61,718 bases of DNA, filler included, from Choristocarpus tenellus KU-1152 (GCA_964200185.2; 12 parts of 12 records of this genome joined end to end with filler, not necessarily neighbours in it), one strand, 5' to 3'. Counted from the whole stretch's first letter, positions 35,877-48,697 are shown. Numbers and translations are program-made. Notes: generated by a model not told the origin, from the sequence alone.

Positions 35877-38800
35877 GGATGGGATTGCACGTAGGTCCAA
35901 GCGGAAGAAGCCAGGGGATGGGGATGGGGATGGGGATGGGGATGGAGATGGGGATGGAGGGTCAGCCACTGCGTGGAAGGATGGGGACAAGGAGGATGTG
36001 TCTGAGGAATCTGTGGGGCAGCAGGTATAACATTTGTTAGTACGATTATTGCTACTGGGTGAGGGTACCCTCTCTATCCCTAACCCTATTCCTCTGACAT
36101 TTATTAGTATAGTTATTGGGTTACTGTGCCCTAACCCTAACCGTATGACTGATAAATGACCAGGGTTAGGGTTAGGATTAGGGTTAGGGTCAGGGTTTTG
36201 AAGTAGTACTGTTTGTAGTATTTTTTTCACAATAGTGACGCAAAGTATTGTTCATATTTTTTAAATTTTTTTGTAATAATAATATGAATTAGGAAATCTG
36301 AGGGGTTAGGGTGAATAGAAAACCTGGTGGTGAGACTACAACAATATTAGAGTACAACAATATTAGAGTAAGATGGCAGGTGCAGTGATGGAAAGGCAGG
36401 TGAACAGTTCACTTAATTATTTTTCATTTCAGGTAATGTATGTGATAACCAGTTGCGAATGTGTATGTTGGTTAGGGTTAGGGTTAGGGTTAGGGTTAGG
36501 GTTAGGGTTAGGGTTAGGGTTACTGTGAACAATCTGGTTCGTCGGAAATGCTTTGTGATTGGTGTAGGAGGATGACATCGTAGGACCCTGTTTTTCAGTC
36601 TATCTTAACCTTGACCCTAGAGCTTGTCTATATATGTATATGATGCCACACTACAAGTAATGAAAATACTCTGGAGTACAATAATTGACTTAGACCTAGT
36701 GATCCAACAATATTTTACTTGAAATTGATAAATTGTTTATGAGGACAATACAATACATCAAATGTCTACTTAAGTTGGTTCATATCTGTTTTGTTTTTTT
36801 TTGCATTAAAATGTAATTGTAGGGTTAGGGTTAGGATATTACACATTACCTTGTATTGTAGTAAGAGCTCTTCCCTTAAATCCTCATGTGAAGTTGACAC
36901 CCCACGCCTTCTCATATGCTCCTCTTGTGCAAACCCTTCCTGGCAAGAATGTGCCCCCCCCTTTGCATAACCTCAAACAACCAATAACATCAAAATATCA
37001 CGCCTCACAGGTTGGTGACAGGATAGACAGGATGGTGGAAGGCGTTACGGAGGAGGATGAGAGTGTCTTGCACTGTCTTTGTCGTTTGACTGCTGGTACT
37101 GCTCGATTCCGGACACTGATGAACTGCGATGTTTGTAAGGGGTGGTTTCACCCTCCTTGCGTCAGGCAAAAGGTTAGGGTTAGGGTTAGGGTTAGGGTTA
37201 GGGCTATAGGGTGACTTTGTTGAGATGAGGGATGCTTTCCAGCTGGACTTTGAAGTTGGCATGGAGGCGAAGTTGTGTTGCACTGAATTTGTCCTAGGGT
37301 AAAGGATTGTCGTCTTTATTTCCTAGCTGTGCTGCTTGTTGGAAGGCATGGTAGAGTACAGTGCGTACCTTGGAAGGCATGGTAAAGTACAGTGTGTACC
37401 TTGGACATTTGAACCCTGAATCGCCATTTTTTTTCTGAAGGATAATGTAAGGGTGGAGACTAGACGTAAGAGTAGTACAAGATTTACTTTTTTGGTATTG
37501 CTTTTTTGGATGTGCTCTTGCCATTGTTGGATTAGGGTTAGGGTTAGCATCTCAGCTCCAACCCTAACCTCCATGCCACATAATTTGAGTAAGAACTAAC
37601 CCTAACCCTAACTGAAAACTCATTTGTCCTTTAACCTCCCACACCCTCGTAGAGTTTGCCACACTATCTGACCCATCCATGCATATGTTTTATTTTCTAT
37701 TTGCTATGACTACTGTTTTTTTTTTCAGGAACCTGCCTCTCGTGATCGCAATGACTTTGTGTTTGTATGTCCAATGTGTGCACACGCCAGGGGACAGCCT
37801 TCTGAGATGGGTGGCCCACCAGTACAAGGTACAGCACTGACAGGGAGGTCTTCTGGGGACAATACTTTGCCATGTTGAACAAAACTGTAGCGTCTAATGC
37901 GATCCCTACTCTATTGTGTACAAGGGCCTCTACTAGCCAATCTCATGACAGTCCTTACCTTCACACTATCGCTAACCCTAACCCTTTAGCAAGTTGTAGA
38001 TGTTGAGTTCTGCCTTTTCCTTCCCTTTTCAATGGGAGTTTTTTGTGTGCTGGAGGGCGGAATGACTTGAACTGGGGATGAAGAGCAGAGACCATATGTT
38101 CATACCTAACCCTAACCCAGCTAAGTATGACACTTGAAACGGTGCCGTACTAGAAGTGTGTGACAAGGAGTAGGAGGTTAGGGTTAGGGTTAGGGTTAGG
38201 GTTAGGGTTAGGTATGTCCACAACCACACCCTCAAGAGCGTGTTGACTTTTGTTGATTGTCTTTGATTGGTAATCCCTAACCCTTATTATTCAAATAGCA
38301 TTTAAAAAAAAAACTCAGATGTGGTAAGATGACGTCATTTCATTTTAATTTTAATGTGTGTATGCAAGGGTTCTATGGACGGAGGATGAAGAGACCCGGT
38401 CTCGCTGAACTGCATCCTCTCATGGAAAAAGCACAGAAACTTCCTGTGGGTGGGGTGGATGGACAGGCGTATCTGAGGTCTGTGTGCCACCTGCCTTCTC
38501 ATGTAACTGTTACTCAGCATGTACTTTGTCTATTATACTGTTATAGTGGAAGTGACTGGCTTTGTCTGATGTAGGGGGAGAAGGGTCATGAGTGTGACAC
38601 TTGTCTAAATTGCCTGGGATGATAGGGTTAGGGTTAATCAAGAAGGAGATCTGCCTTGAGTTGTGGGAAGCGGGACTGTGTTTGTACATAATTGTATTCA
38701 AGGGTTAGGGTTAGGGTTAGGGTTAGGGTTAGGGTTAGGGTTAGGGTTAGGGTTAGGGTTATAATCCTTTGGCGAAACACTTGAGGATCATATTATGGGG

Positions 38801-39368
38801 AGGGTGGAGGCACAACAAATATATTTAAAATGATACAGATGGGTTTGATGAAGTAGTTATGCTTAGTTGTGCAGAGGAGGGTTCACAATCATCTGTGATT
38901 TACAGTAGTATTCATGCTTTGGAGTGTATAGTGTACTTTATTGTCATATTTTTGTGTTCTTTTGATGAAGCATTGTGTTGTGTGTCCTGTTTGGCTCAAA
39001 TCATTGACTGCAGGTTTGGTGATCTGTCACATTCTCAACAAAAAGAAACTGTAGCTTTTACTCAAAATTAGCATTAGGGTTATCTTTTTTTTTGGCATGT
39101 GTTATGTACTTCCCCATCACTCAGTAAGATATCATTTATCACATTAGGGTTACTTCTTTTTCCATTTTTTCTCTGCATTTGGTATACTATCATTCACAGT
39201 GATTATCACAAATAGAATTGGGAACAAATATGTTTTTCTTGTTTTTGTCAGTTACATACTAACCCAGGTAGGTGCCTGGAGGAATAGGTGCAGGGACCAG
39301 CTAGTGTTGCTTGAAGAGTATATTGAGGGGGGAGCAACTATGGCGAGAGCACTGGAGGAGCAAAGAAG
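35877..39368 (+). CDS. PHD-finger chromatin protein, KDM5/JARID1-like C-terminal region; exons 35877-36024, 37011-37172, 37729-37828, 38369-38477, 39252-39368; partial
   Basis: The phase-consistent splice gives a C4HC3 PHD finger, HCLCR...NCDVCKGWFHPPCV.../FVCPMC. It is followed by RRMKRPGLAELHPLMEKAQKLPV...AYLSYILTQVGAWRNRCR, resembling the post-PHD helix of KDM5 (RRPRLETILALLVSLQKLPV...WQ). Confidence 0.8.
36470..36522 (+). repeat. Interstitial telomeric array (TTAGGG)8, intronic
   Basis: Perfect array seen directly. Confidence 0.95.
37173..37203 (+). repeat. (GTTAGG)5 array starting at the 5' splice site
   Basis: AAG|GTTAGGGTTAGGG... Confidence 0.9.
38176..38212 (+). repeat. Interstitial telomeric array, about 6 units
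   Basis: Seen directly. Confidence 0.95.
38701..38761 (+). repeat. Interstitial telomeric array (AGGGTT)10
   Basis: Perfect array seen directly. Confidence 0.95.
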
Positions 39369-40240
39369 GTGACTCACTACTCTAACCCTAACCTTAACTC
39401 TAGGGGATGGAACAGTGTAGCTGTATGTGTTGGATACAGGTTGTGCATGTACTCAGCAGGTGATGCATGAATGATAATGTGTGTGTGTGTGTTTGCTTGT
39501 GTATTTATGTGTGGCTTTTGTTTCCTGGCTATGAGGTGGTCTGCTTTATGTGACTCTAAGTATTGTAGGTGATAGAGTTTGCTTGGCGTCTGACTTATGA
39601 CTTGTTTGCCCTTGTCTTGGAATTTTTTTAATGTAATGTGTGTCAGGTGTTTTTGGACTGTGCAGGATGGTGTCACTTGTGTGTGCCTTCAACTTGTACA
39701 GCCTGTCAATTTTGGTCTGTGCTTTCCATTTCAACTATTGACTAGATACCAACTCAACTCTCTCTCTCTCTCTCTCTCTCTTTCTATAGTTTGATACAAA
39801 CTCTTTGACTCCAATCCCTAACCCTATTTACAAATGTCCTTATCTGCATCAATTTCCCTAGAACCGATAGTATCAAAAGCTTCTCCAAATAGCTCTTAAA
39901 TATCCTGAAGAACAATAGGTTTAAGTGGATCCCTTAATAATAGAACCCACAATAGAGCAGTGAATCCAGATATGCAAATTTAATAGATACGGTTTCCCTC
40001 GTCCAATAATATGCAATTATTGTAGTAGAAGCAACCCTAACCCTGTAGTATGTACTCCGGAGTATATTAATGTAATAGAAGTGTTGGATACCTACTCCCT
40101 GATCCACTTCAGAAGGTTTGGGTATGTGCCCTCTCTTTTTGAATGCACTGAAACAGCTGCAATTGACCTAAGTGTGATACTGGGTCCCCTTCCCTCTTGC
40201 GAATCTGGTCAAACTATCTGGTCTAACTTTCATCTTAGTT

Positions 40241-40272
40241 CCTAACCCTAACCCTAACCCTAACCCTAACCC
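40241..40272 (-). repeat. Interstitial telomeric array (CCTAAC)5, opposite orientation
   Basis: Seen directly. Confidence 0.95.
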
Positions 40273-41148
40273 CTCTTACACACCTGAGGCAACATCAAAG
40301 TGGAGTGAATATCTTCCAATAATATGGAATATCTAGTCCTCTTTTGAACCTGGTCTAATGGTGTAATGGTGTAATACCTAGGGTGCATACAAACACACCA
40401 CCAGCCCTGGATCCCTAACATCTTGGACTTGCTGTCTTGGTTGTACTGAAGTACATTACCATTGTTACAGAGGGAGGTAGTACTCAAGATTTTTGTGATA
40501 TGTTCTAGAATGTTTTGAACTAGACAGCAAACAAAGTATGGTTGAAACCATGGGGGAAAATTCGGATCTATTGCAGTTGGTTTGAGGTCCTAACTCCGCC
40601 TATAACTCAAGATATGCTATCTTTTTGTCGAAATTTGTAGAAGATATTTCAGTCAGACAACATAGTGGACTGAAGGCAATCAAACTGGTGTATAATCTGC
40701 TACAGGTTGAATAATCCAATGAAATGTAGATACGTAATGGAAGCTGATGTCTAACACATAGATTAGACTATAGCGTGTATGATCTGCTTGTGGGGAGCAT
40801 TTATGTTTTTGGGGGTATTTTTTTATTTTAACGTTTACAGTTATTTATCCTATTCATGATGTGAAACCGTCATTTTAACATTGTGAAACCGTCATTGGAA
40901 TGGCGCTATTCATAGAACTCATAGGACATGTTTTTTTGCCTCAGATATTTTTTTTTTTCCAAACGAGTGCGGTGTAGAGATGAGTTCCATCTTAGGGTTA
41001 GGGTTAGGGTGATTTAAGCAGCTTGCACCTTTGTCCACTTGAACTATNNNNNNNNNNNNNNNNNNNNNNNNNNNNNNNNNNNNNNNNNNNNTTAATTAAT
41101 TAANNNNNNNNNNNNNNNNNNNNNNNNNNNNNNNNNNNNNNNNNNNNT

Positions 41149-41451
41149 GCCCCTGCCCCTGCCCCTGGGGTACCTGCCTCATCTACGACGGCAGAGCTGG
41201 GTGCACAGTCTGTGGGGATAGGGCAACAAATTGAAGTGGAAGGTATATCAGATACAACGCGATCAGAGGGGGGGAAGGGAAACAGGGGTGGGCGTGGAAG
41301 GTGGCGGGGTCGGGGACCAAGGGTGCCAGTGCGCCGAGGTGGGTCAGCGGGGGGAGGGGTGGAGGGAGAGGCGAAGCAGAACACTCCAACAATGTTGGAG
41401 AGGAGTGATGGGAAACAGAAGGCACATGAGTGGGGTGGTACGGACATCTAG
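41149..41451 (+). CDS. Probable terminal exon of an unknown protein (low complexity, RGG-rich)
   Basis: The frame is open from the contig start, APAPAPGVP...GNRGGRGRWRGRG...GTDI*, with exon-like GC content and tandem stops. No recognisable domain. Confidence 0.45.
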   Translation, partial: APAPAPGVPASSTTAELGAQSVGIGQQIEVEGISDTTRSEGGKGNRGGRGRWRGRGPRVPVRRGGSAGGGVEGEAKQNTPTMLERSDGKQKAHEWGGTDI

Positions 41452-42276
41452 TAGTTGAGGAACATGGTTGTGGGGGTGGGGGGGTATTGTGCTCTGTGTT
41501 GACTGAGTGTGCATTCTGATCTGCGTGGAAGTCTTGGACTTCTACCCCCGATTAGCCGCTTCAAGTAATTTTTCTGTATGATCTGATGTGGGGTAATTGT
41601 TGAGTTGTCTGAGTAAGAACAATCGTAACATTTGAATAGCCTTGAATAGCGTTGAGCGTTGTTGGTAGCCTTTGCGAAGGTGGGTTTCTGTGTTGTGGAG
41701 GGACCCAGCAGGGGGGTGCCGTAATAGAATTCTGTTCTGTGAGAGTTTTGTTTCTTGGTTGAAGACTACATGCCTCAGTTAACGCAGTGTATTTTTGTTG
41801 TGGTTGTGTGCTATGTAGTGCCATAGACATCGCTGTTGGCTTCACCCGGCAGTAGTTGGTACACTTCAAAATCCCATCAATAGTGTGTGTTAAGGAATGG
41901 GAGGAGTCAGGGAATCTGGAATTCTGGAAGGCATGGTGGATGACATGCACTGTAGATTGACCATTTTGGGTTTGAAATATACTCGAGAGAAGTTAGTTAG
42001 GCTCGTGGGACTTCTCTTTGCCAAACACCACTTGTACAATAACTCAGGAGCAATAGTAGTAGTGATGTGTTGAAATAAAGATATAATGAACTCTGCACCA
42101 GCCAGTAATGATGATTCATTCATACCATCAATAGAAGTAAAACACTACAAGAAAGCATTCAAAGATAAATTTGCTCAGAGTTTCTTTTTCAGGATGCTGG
42201 CAAATACTTACAAACCTCGTTTTCTTTTTTTGTACAGATGCGTAGAGGATGTTTTCCGAATTGGGTGTGTGTTTTT

Positions 42277-42386
42277 TTGTCAATAGAGAAGTCAACTCTC
42301 CCCAAGTCAAAATTAGGACTTTGTCCATAGAAATATGGGTGAAGTGCTAAAGATTGAAAAAATGGGTACCTTGTTTACTTCGGCTC
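42277..42386 (-). mobile_element. MITE family B fragment, internally deleted
   Basis: The reverse complement gagccgaagtaaacaaggtacccattttttcaatcttt...cacccatatttct...ttgacttggg matches 24927-25070. Confidence 0.7.
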
Positions 42387-43079
42387 TTTTGAATTGTGAA
42401 GAGACAGATCAGGTAGGGACATTCGGGGCTGGGTAGTTGCATGGCTTCACCATAGTTGCGCATTGTTTGAGCCTACAGAGATATTCACCACACTTGAATT
42501 ATGAGTTAACCCGGCGAGAAAGTATTGAGAGGTTGACATGGAATTTGCTTGAAAATCAGGGTGAAGTAGTGCACAGAAGAGCAATCTAAGTGTCCCTTGA
42601 TGGCATGCCCAACTCCTTAACCATATCATGCAGATTCATCTACTTTGTAGGACCTTCTCTGCTTCCAAGAGTGCAGAGGCACATGTATCGCAAATTGTTT
42701 TGATCATTACGCACGGAGTTTCAGGTCTCGTGTTTCGATTCGTTGTGTCATACATACATAAATTCATCATGTGTGACATCACTATTTAATAATCCCCCTG
42801 CCCTCTGTCTTCACTTTACAGTCAGCCTTCTAAGAAGGGGGTTCAGCCGCATTTCAGGCATTGGAAACGAGTTGTCAGTCAAATTAACCCTTAATCATGC
42901 TCAGAAGGGTGTAGAAAATGGACCCCTATCTGACACCACAGGATGGCCTCTTGCTACTCAAGAAATCAACAACAGCACACACGGCTACCTCTACTTGTAC
43001 GTGACGAGTTATACACGATGTGCACACACACGTTAATCCCTACTATATCATACATCCATCGCACAAAAGAAAGCATTTA

Positions 43080-43231
43080 ACAGCCGATTTCAAAAATTGA
43101 GGATGGAGCTTTTCATTGAGGATGATCAATCAATAAAATAAAAAAAACATATCGACATTTTATCCCGGTCAATTTTGGGTCAAGCCCATCCTCAATGAAA
43201 AGCTCCATCCTCAATTTTTGAAATCGGCTGT
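43080..43231. mobile_element. 152-bp MITE with perfect 45-bp TIRs and TA flanks (Tc1/mariner type)
   Basis: 43080-43124 is the exact reverse complement of 43187-43231; TA lies at 43078-79 and 43232-33. Confidence 0.9.
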
Positions 43232-44329
43232 TATTTTATGTTACGCCATTTATTCCGTGCCACCTGCGTGTGATGACTGAACCGAGATCATCACAACATT
43301 ACTATTCTACCTATCATTGGCCCTATTCGTAGTGGTAGTGTGCTCAGCTAGCTGCTCTTCTTTTTCAAACGCTTTTCACGTGACAGATTGGATTTCTTAC
43401 GCTTACTTTCACCTTGCCTTCTACTTCCCAGTTTGTTACAGCTTCTTGGTGAATCCTTTCCCTCTTCCTCTGGCATTTTCTAGCTTCCTCTCCTCTGCCA
43501 ATCAATAGTCATTTTTATGCAGCCTTCCATATATATACACCCTTTTGTGTAGTAGTGCAGATCCCTTGCCCCAATATACGTAAAGCGGAGGGTTACTCCC
43601 AATGTTCTCAAGTGCACGTCCATAACCTCCCCATGGCCATCCCCCCAACACGACTTCTCCATGACGTCAACGAAGGTTTTTGCAATGTCTAAGGTCCATA
43701 CCCTGTAGGTACCACTGGCAGAAGGCCAGGAAATGGCAAGGAAAGAGCCAAATATGTCTCTCGGTGAGATCCATGGATACACTGATGGGGTCTGAGATAG
43801 CATAATCTGTTCATTTATCACACATCATGATGGATACTACTATGTTCCATACTCTTTTTGTATGTGCCTCATAGTCAAGTAATACAGTAAGACACATTGA
43901 TGCGTGATGTGCACCATCTATACTTTGTAAGAGCGGTACGATGGGAACTCGAACACCCCTCCCCCACCCACAATGACTTTTGTTTAAATGCACGCTAAAA
44001 AATTAAAAATATACAGAAAATAAAAAAGGATCGTGCAACAAGCGATGATCAAAAGGTTACATATAGCCCGAATAAATTGCAGCCGTTTCACATTATTACT
44101 AGTCAGTCATGGTATATTTGAGATATACCATGAAATGTTTCTTGAACGACGATTAATTCATTGGAACTCGCTTTATGAGCAGCAACACTACCACTACTAC
44201 TACTGGTTGAATGATCCAAAATCGATTTGAGACGTGGGCAGGGTTGTATTTCAAGACCCCCCAAATAGGCCAAAAGAGATAATTTTGCACAATCGCAGAA
44301 AAGACCCTTTGCTTAATTGTGATGTCACT

Positions 44330-44490
44330 TTGTGTGTGTGTAGAAACGGGAAATTTCAACGTTGCGTACACTATCGTATAGTAGATAAAGCAATGAAATA
44401 GAGTGTATCGCACAGGGTAAGAAAGATAGCTCACGATGCAAAAAGGGTCCAGACCTTTCTACCTCTCAATTGGTTTGACTCGGGTCTCCT
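44330..44490 (+). repeat. Unclassified dispersed repeat, also at about 54410-54580
   Basis: Shared ttgcgta.actat.gt...aatagag.g.atcg...ggtaagaaa.at.gct...aaagggtcca.acct...ctctc.attg.ttt. Confidence 0.6.
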
Positions 44491-46215
44491 TCCTCTCCTT
44501 CTTCTCCAGTATAGCAGACGGACATTTCGTGGCACCTGGAAAACGAGTTTTTCGCCATCGCCCTCAAGGTAAAAACTACCAACCGCAAAATAGAAACGAC
44601 TATAGGAACAAGAAGAAGACCACAAGACACTCGATAACACCCTTTTATAAGTCAAATCAACACGTGATCTGACCCACGCATTAGCCAACATATATGTAGC
44701 GTGTCGGCTCAAGATCCCTTCTGACTGAAAAAACGCGTGCTGTTTATCTATTCCAAAAACGATATTTAAACTCACAAATCCCACAATTTAGCAGCAAACT
44801 GTTCAGATAATCATGATGTATATATTTTGTGGTATCCACTTCGATTGGACAAGCTTGAAGAGAAGCATGAGCCGCCACAGGTGTGACCAACGAGATGGCA
44901 TAAAGCTTTACATCAGAAAGAAGTGTGATCAAGACTGCAGCCAGGTGATGGATGAAAAGAAAAAGCGGAAATCCTTTACAGTAAAAGAAAATCCCAATGA
45001 CACGACCTGTGCCAATCTGCAGTGAGGGACAACAAAGTGAGAGCGCAATGCCCACCATCAATAGGGTTTTACTACTGCTGAACAACCAACACACACGGAT
45101 CTCTTATCTGAAGGACAACACAAGCATGTTCTGGCACAGGCCACACACAAGTCACAGTTGATGAAGAGGCTGCTTCCATTTTTGTACACCCAAGCTTCTA
45201 TCGCTACTATGAACTAGACTGAAAATGCTCAGGATAATTTACAGCATGAGGCAGCAAACGAGGCCAAGCCAAGCCGCGAACCATACCATGGAAATGATTC
45301 ACGACTAATGACTGTACCCCCTGAGACACATATTCCCCTCAAGGCCGCCCCAAGACTGGACCTTGTAGAAATCTCAGCAGCCCTGGGACCATACCCTCAC
45401 AAAAAATAATACGACAATGACCAGCCTGCAGACAAAGCTTTCGAGATTCTCTTCAAACTGTTGAAAAGTCCTTGCCCTTGCAGTACAGGTGGATGGAGAT
45501 GACAACACAGAATCACAACAACAAAAAAATCAACTCAACAGAGGACTCCCCAGTCAATTTTGTTGATTCGGAGCTGACCTCCTGCAAGTCTACACTTTGA
45601 GAAATGTCCCCTCTCTAAGAAGCATTCATATTAGCATCATCGAACCTCTTTGCTATTCAACCTAGACACTATAGTCTCTCTTTTCAGTGGCACAAATATC
45701 CACTTTACCCAAAATGGAGAAGTGGGAATGACTCACCCCTCAGTTTTGCCACTATTTTGCACATAACAAATGACCACATCTAACCAACTACCAACTGTAT
45801 TTCACAAACCACACCACCCGAGCAAACATTTTACCCAAAAATCGCACCAGAAAATCCTTTCTATAGACACACAAGGCACTTGAAGAAACACTACCACCTA
45901 GAACACCAAAAAAACCAAGTCAACTTATCATGTACCCTCAAATGCCCACGGGTTTAAGTGGGTCAAGCAACAAAAAACCATGAACAAACAAGACAACCAA
46001 ACTTTGGCATCAATGTACATGATACACCCACGTGCTACATACCAACAAACACAAGACAACTCCAAAACTCTAGAAACTACAATCAATCATAATAAACCTA
46101 ATCATACCTGGCAAAGTCATTCACGCCACGTCACCTATTGCATTCTATCACCCCAAAACACAAAAATTATTTCTCAGTAAGGAAAGAAACAACGCAGCTT
46201 ATCCTCTCCCCTCCC

Positions 46216-47286
46216 TCAGTAAACTGGCGCCAAAATAGCACCTAAATCTACATCCTTGCACTCCTCGCCTGGCTCAGTTGCCTGTACTACTTGCAGGCAC
46301 TGCTTTCTGTGCCCAGAATCCTCTTCCTCCTCACTCCAATCAAACCGTACGAAAACATCCATATGGACCTCACCCTCCCCTCCGCCCCCCTTCCCATCCT
46401 CCACAGACCAATCCCAGCCCGCAGTGTTCTCCACTGGGGAAGGAGTCATTCCGCACAGGGGCCCCAAGCCCCTATCCTCATCCCTCCCCCCACCACACCC
46501 ATTTCGACAGACATACCTTGGCACAAGGGGAGGCTCTAGTGTCAACACCGATCCCCAAGGGACATGTAAAAAAAAGGGGTGCGCCTTGACAGCATCCGCA
46601 CCTCTACTCCCCATCCTGGCCTTTGGATCCTTCACAAGCAATGATAACACAAAGTCTCGGCAGGCAGGACTCAGATCCCTACCCACATGCTCCCCAGGAG
46701 CTGGAAAGATCACCTCCTCCTTCATAATGTTCAGGTAGGTAGAACGAGTTTTGGGTCCTTCAAACGGAGTTCGCCCCATGAGAAGCTCAAATGTAAGCAC
46801 TCCCAGACCCCACCAATCTAGAGCACTGCCCTGCACCTCTCCCGTCAGCACCTCGGGCGCCTTGAGGAGGAAGACAAGGGGGAGGGGGTTGTTTGTAGAG
46901 GATAACGGAAGAACATGGTAAGGGGAGCAAGGGGGATGTATGTGAGCCGACCCATGCAACCATTACTGAGATCGCACAGCTGTTTAGCTATTGTTTGGGT
47001 GCTGTACTTCAGGGAGAGGAGGATAGCTCATGCTTTTCGGGAGGGTGGGGGTGGGAAGAGTGGGGGCTGAGGTTTGAAAGGGGGGCGGGCAAAGGTGAGA
47101 GGAAATAGCTGGATCTTCACTTCAAATTGTCACAACAAATGCGAGTTGATTTGGAGGTGAAAAGGCTCAACTCTAATTCATGGCAAGACAGCAAAAACTG
47201 GGGGGTTGGGGGACAGGCGACTCACCATATACTCAGGAGATCCAACGAAAGACACATCAGGTAGCACGACACTTGTCTGAAGCTTG
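46216..47286 (-). CDS. AGC-family Ser/Thr protein kinase, last two exons (47286-47226, 46860-46216), partial
   Basis: SFVGSPEYM|APEV...DWWGLGVLTFELLMGRTPF...LLVKDPKARMG...VKAHPFF..VPW covers kinase subdomains VIII-XI. Junctions ATG|gtgagt and ctcaag|GCG are in phase 0. Confidence 0.92.
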
Positions 47287-47416
47287 CTGGTCACGCAGCA
47301 CATCAATTTGCTGGTACAAGAGTAGAGTTCAAAGCGCACCAATAGCAGGCAGTGAGAGATCAAAGTTGAGAATTTCTGTTTGGAGGAACAACAAACTATG
47401 ACATCACCCCTGGATC

Positions 47417-47504
47417 ACCATGAGGTCATATGCTGAGCCCTAGCAAGGGATGATGCAAACCATGAGGTCATATGCTGAGCCATAACAAGGGATGATGCAA
47501 ACCA
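47417..47504. repeat. Tandem duplication with a unit of about 42 bp
   Basis: accatgaggtcatatgctgagccc...caagggatgatgcaa occurs twice. Confidence 0.9.
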
Positions 47505-47888
47505 GAAGAGGTATCCAGATGAAAACAAAATTAGTCCCCAAAAAAATCGCGATTCAGCCCCAGACATACCACCGAAAGGCAAGCAAGCAGGACATGGCCA
47601 CAGAGGAACACTTTGCTTGTCGTAGGGCAGTGGGATTTATCAAACATAAGCAATTAGATACAAAATCTACATTTATGGCCAACAGAGTTCTATCGTGCAT
47701 GTTAAGAGCCCCCATTTGGACGCACTTGGCCACTATCGGCGATGCAGCCCCCCACCCCCCCCCCCCCCCCCCCCCTCCCGCCAAGTGGNNNNNNNNNNNN
47801 NNNNNNNNNNNNNNNNNNNNNNNNNNNNNNNNTTAATTAATTAANNNNNNNNNNNNNNNNNNNNNNNNNNNNNNNNNNNNNNNNNNNN

Positions 47889-47982
47889 AGCCGACACGGG
47901 CGACCAAATCACAACAAAAAGCGAAAATCGAAAAAAGGGTGAAAAACGGACGCCGGCACTCCCCCCCCAGATACTTTGACTC
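47889..47982 (-). mobile_element. MITE family C-like terminus
   Basis: ccccccccagatactttgactc; the internal sequence differs from the other family C copies. Confidence 0.65.
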
Positions 47983-48167
47983 AAATGCGTGGTTCGCGTG
48001 CGCCGCGTGGCACCCCCACTTCGTCAGGATGAAGCATACCCCACAAAAGCCGCTCAAGTGTTGCCCCACTCCCTTGTGCTCCTCCTCCTCTGATCTGTTT
48101 GTTTGTGGTCGCTCTCTTAATGACAATAATGTCTTTGGAGATGGACGGGCCAGAGGCGAACTCCTTG

Positions 48168-48425
48168 GAGTCAAAGTATCAGAGAGGGTAGAGCCAGGTC
48201 CATTTGCGGAGCAAAACCCAATGTTACGATATTGATGTAATTTTGGCGATCGTGCTTGATAGAAAGTGTCAATATCCTTATTCTGAATACATCTTTTCAT
48301 AGCATAAACATTTTACCTACTCCAAAACATTTCGGAGTAGGTAAATGTCGCAAAAAATCCGTGGGAGGCCAAGACACAAACGGACAAACAGGGCAAAACT
48401 CCTACCCTCTAAGATACTTTCACTC
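48168..48425 (+). mobile_element. MITE family A
   Basis: gagtcaaagtatcagagagggta ... taccctctaagatactttcactc. Confidence 0.9.
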
Positions 48426-48437
48426 TTGACGGATACA

Positions 48438-48697
48438 GAGCCAAAGTATCTTAGAGGGTACAGCGATGTCCATTTGGGGGTCAAAATCCAATGTAGCGAA
48501 TTTGATGAAATTTTGGCTATCATGTTTGTTAGTAAGTGTCAATATCCTTGTTCCAGACACATCTTTTCATAACGTATACATTTTACCTACTCCTGAACAT
48601 TTTGGAGTAGGAAAATATCATTAAAAAAAAACATGGGAAGCCAAGCACCAAAGGGAAAAACAGAGCAAAACTCGTACCCTCTAAGATACCTTCACGC
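48438..48697 (+). mobile_element. MITE family A, 12 bp after the previous copy
   Basis: gagccaaagtatcttagagggta ... taccctctaagataccttcacgc. Confidence 0.9.

Noticed and set aside
38701-38761. True chromosome telomere
   Set aside because: The array is short, internal and flanked by exons of one gene, with both orientations nearby.
46256-46738. Plus-strand ORFs of 82-160 aa
   Set aside because: They are antisense shadows of the kinase exon.
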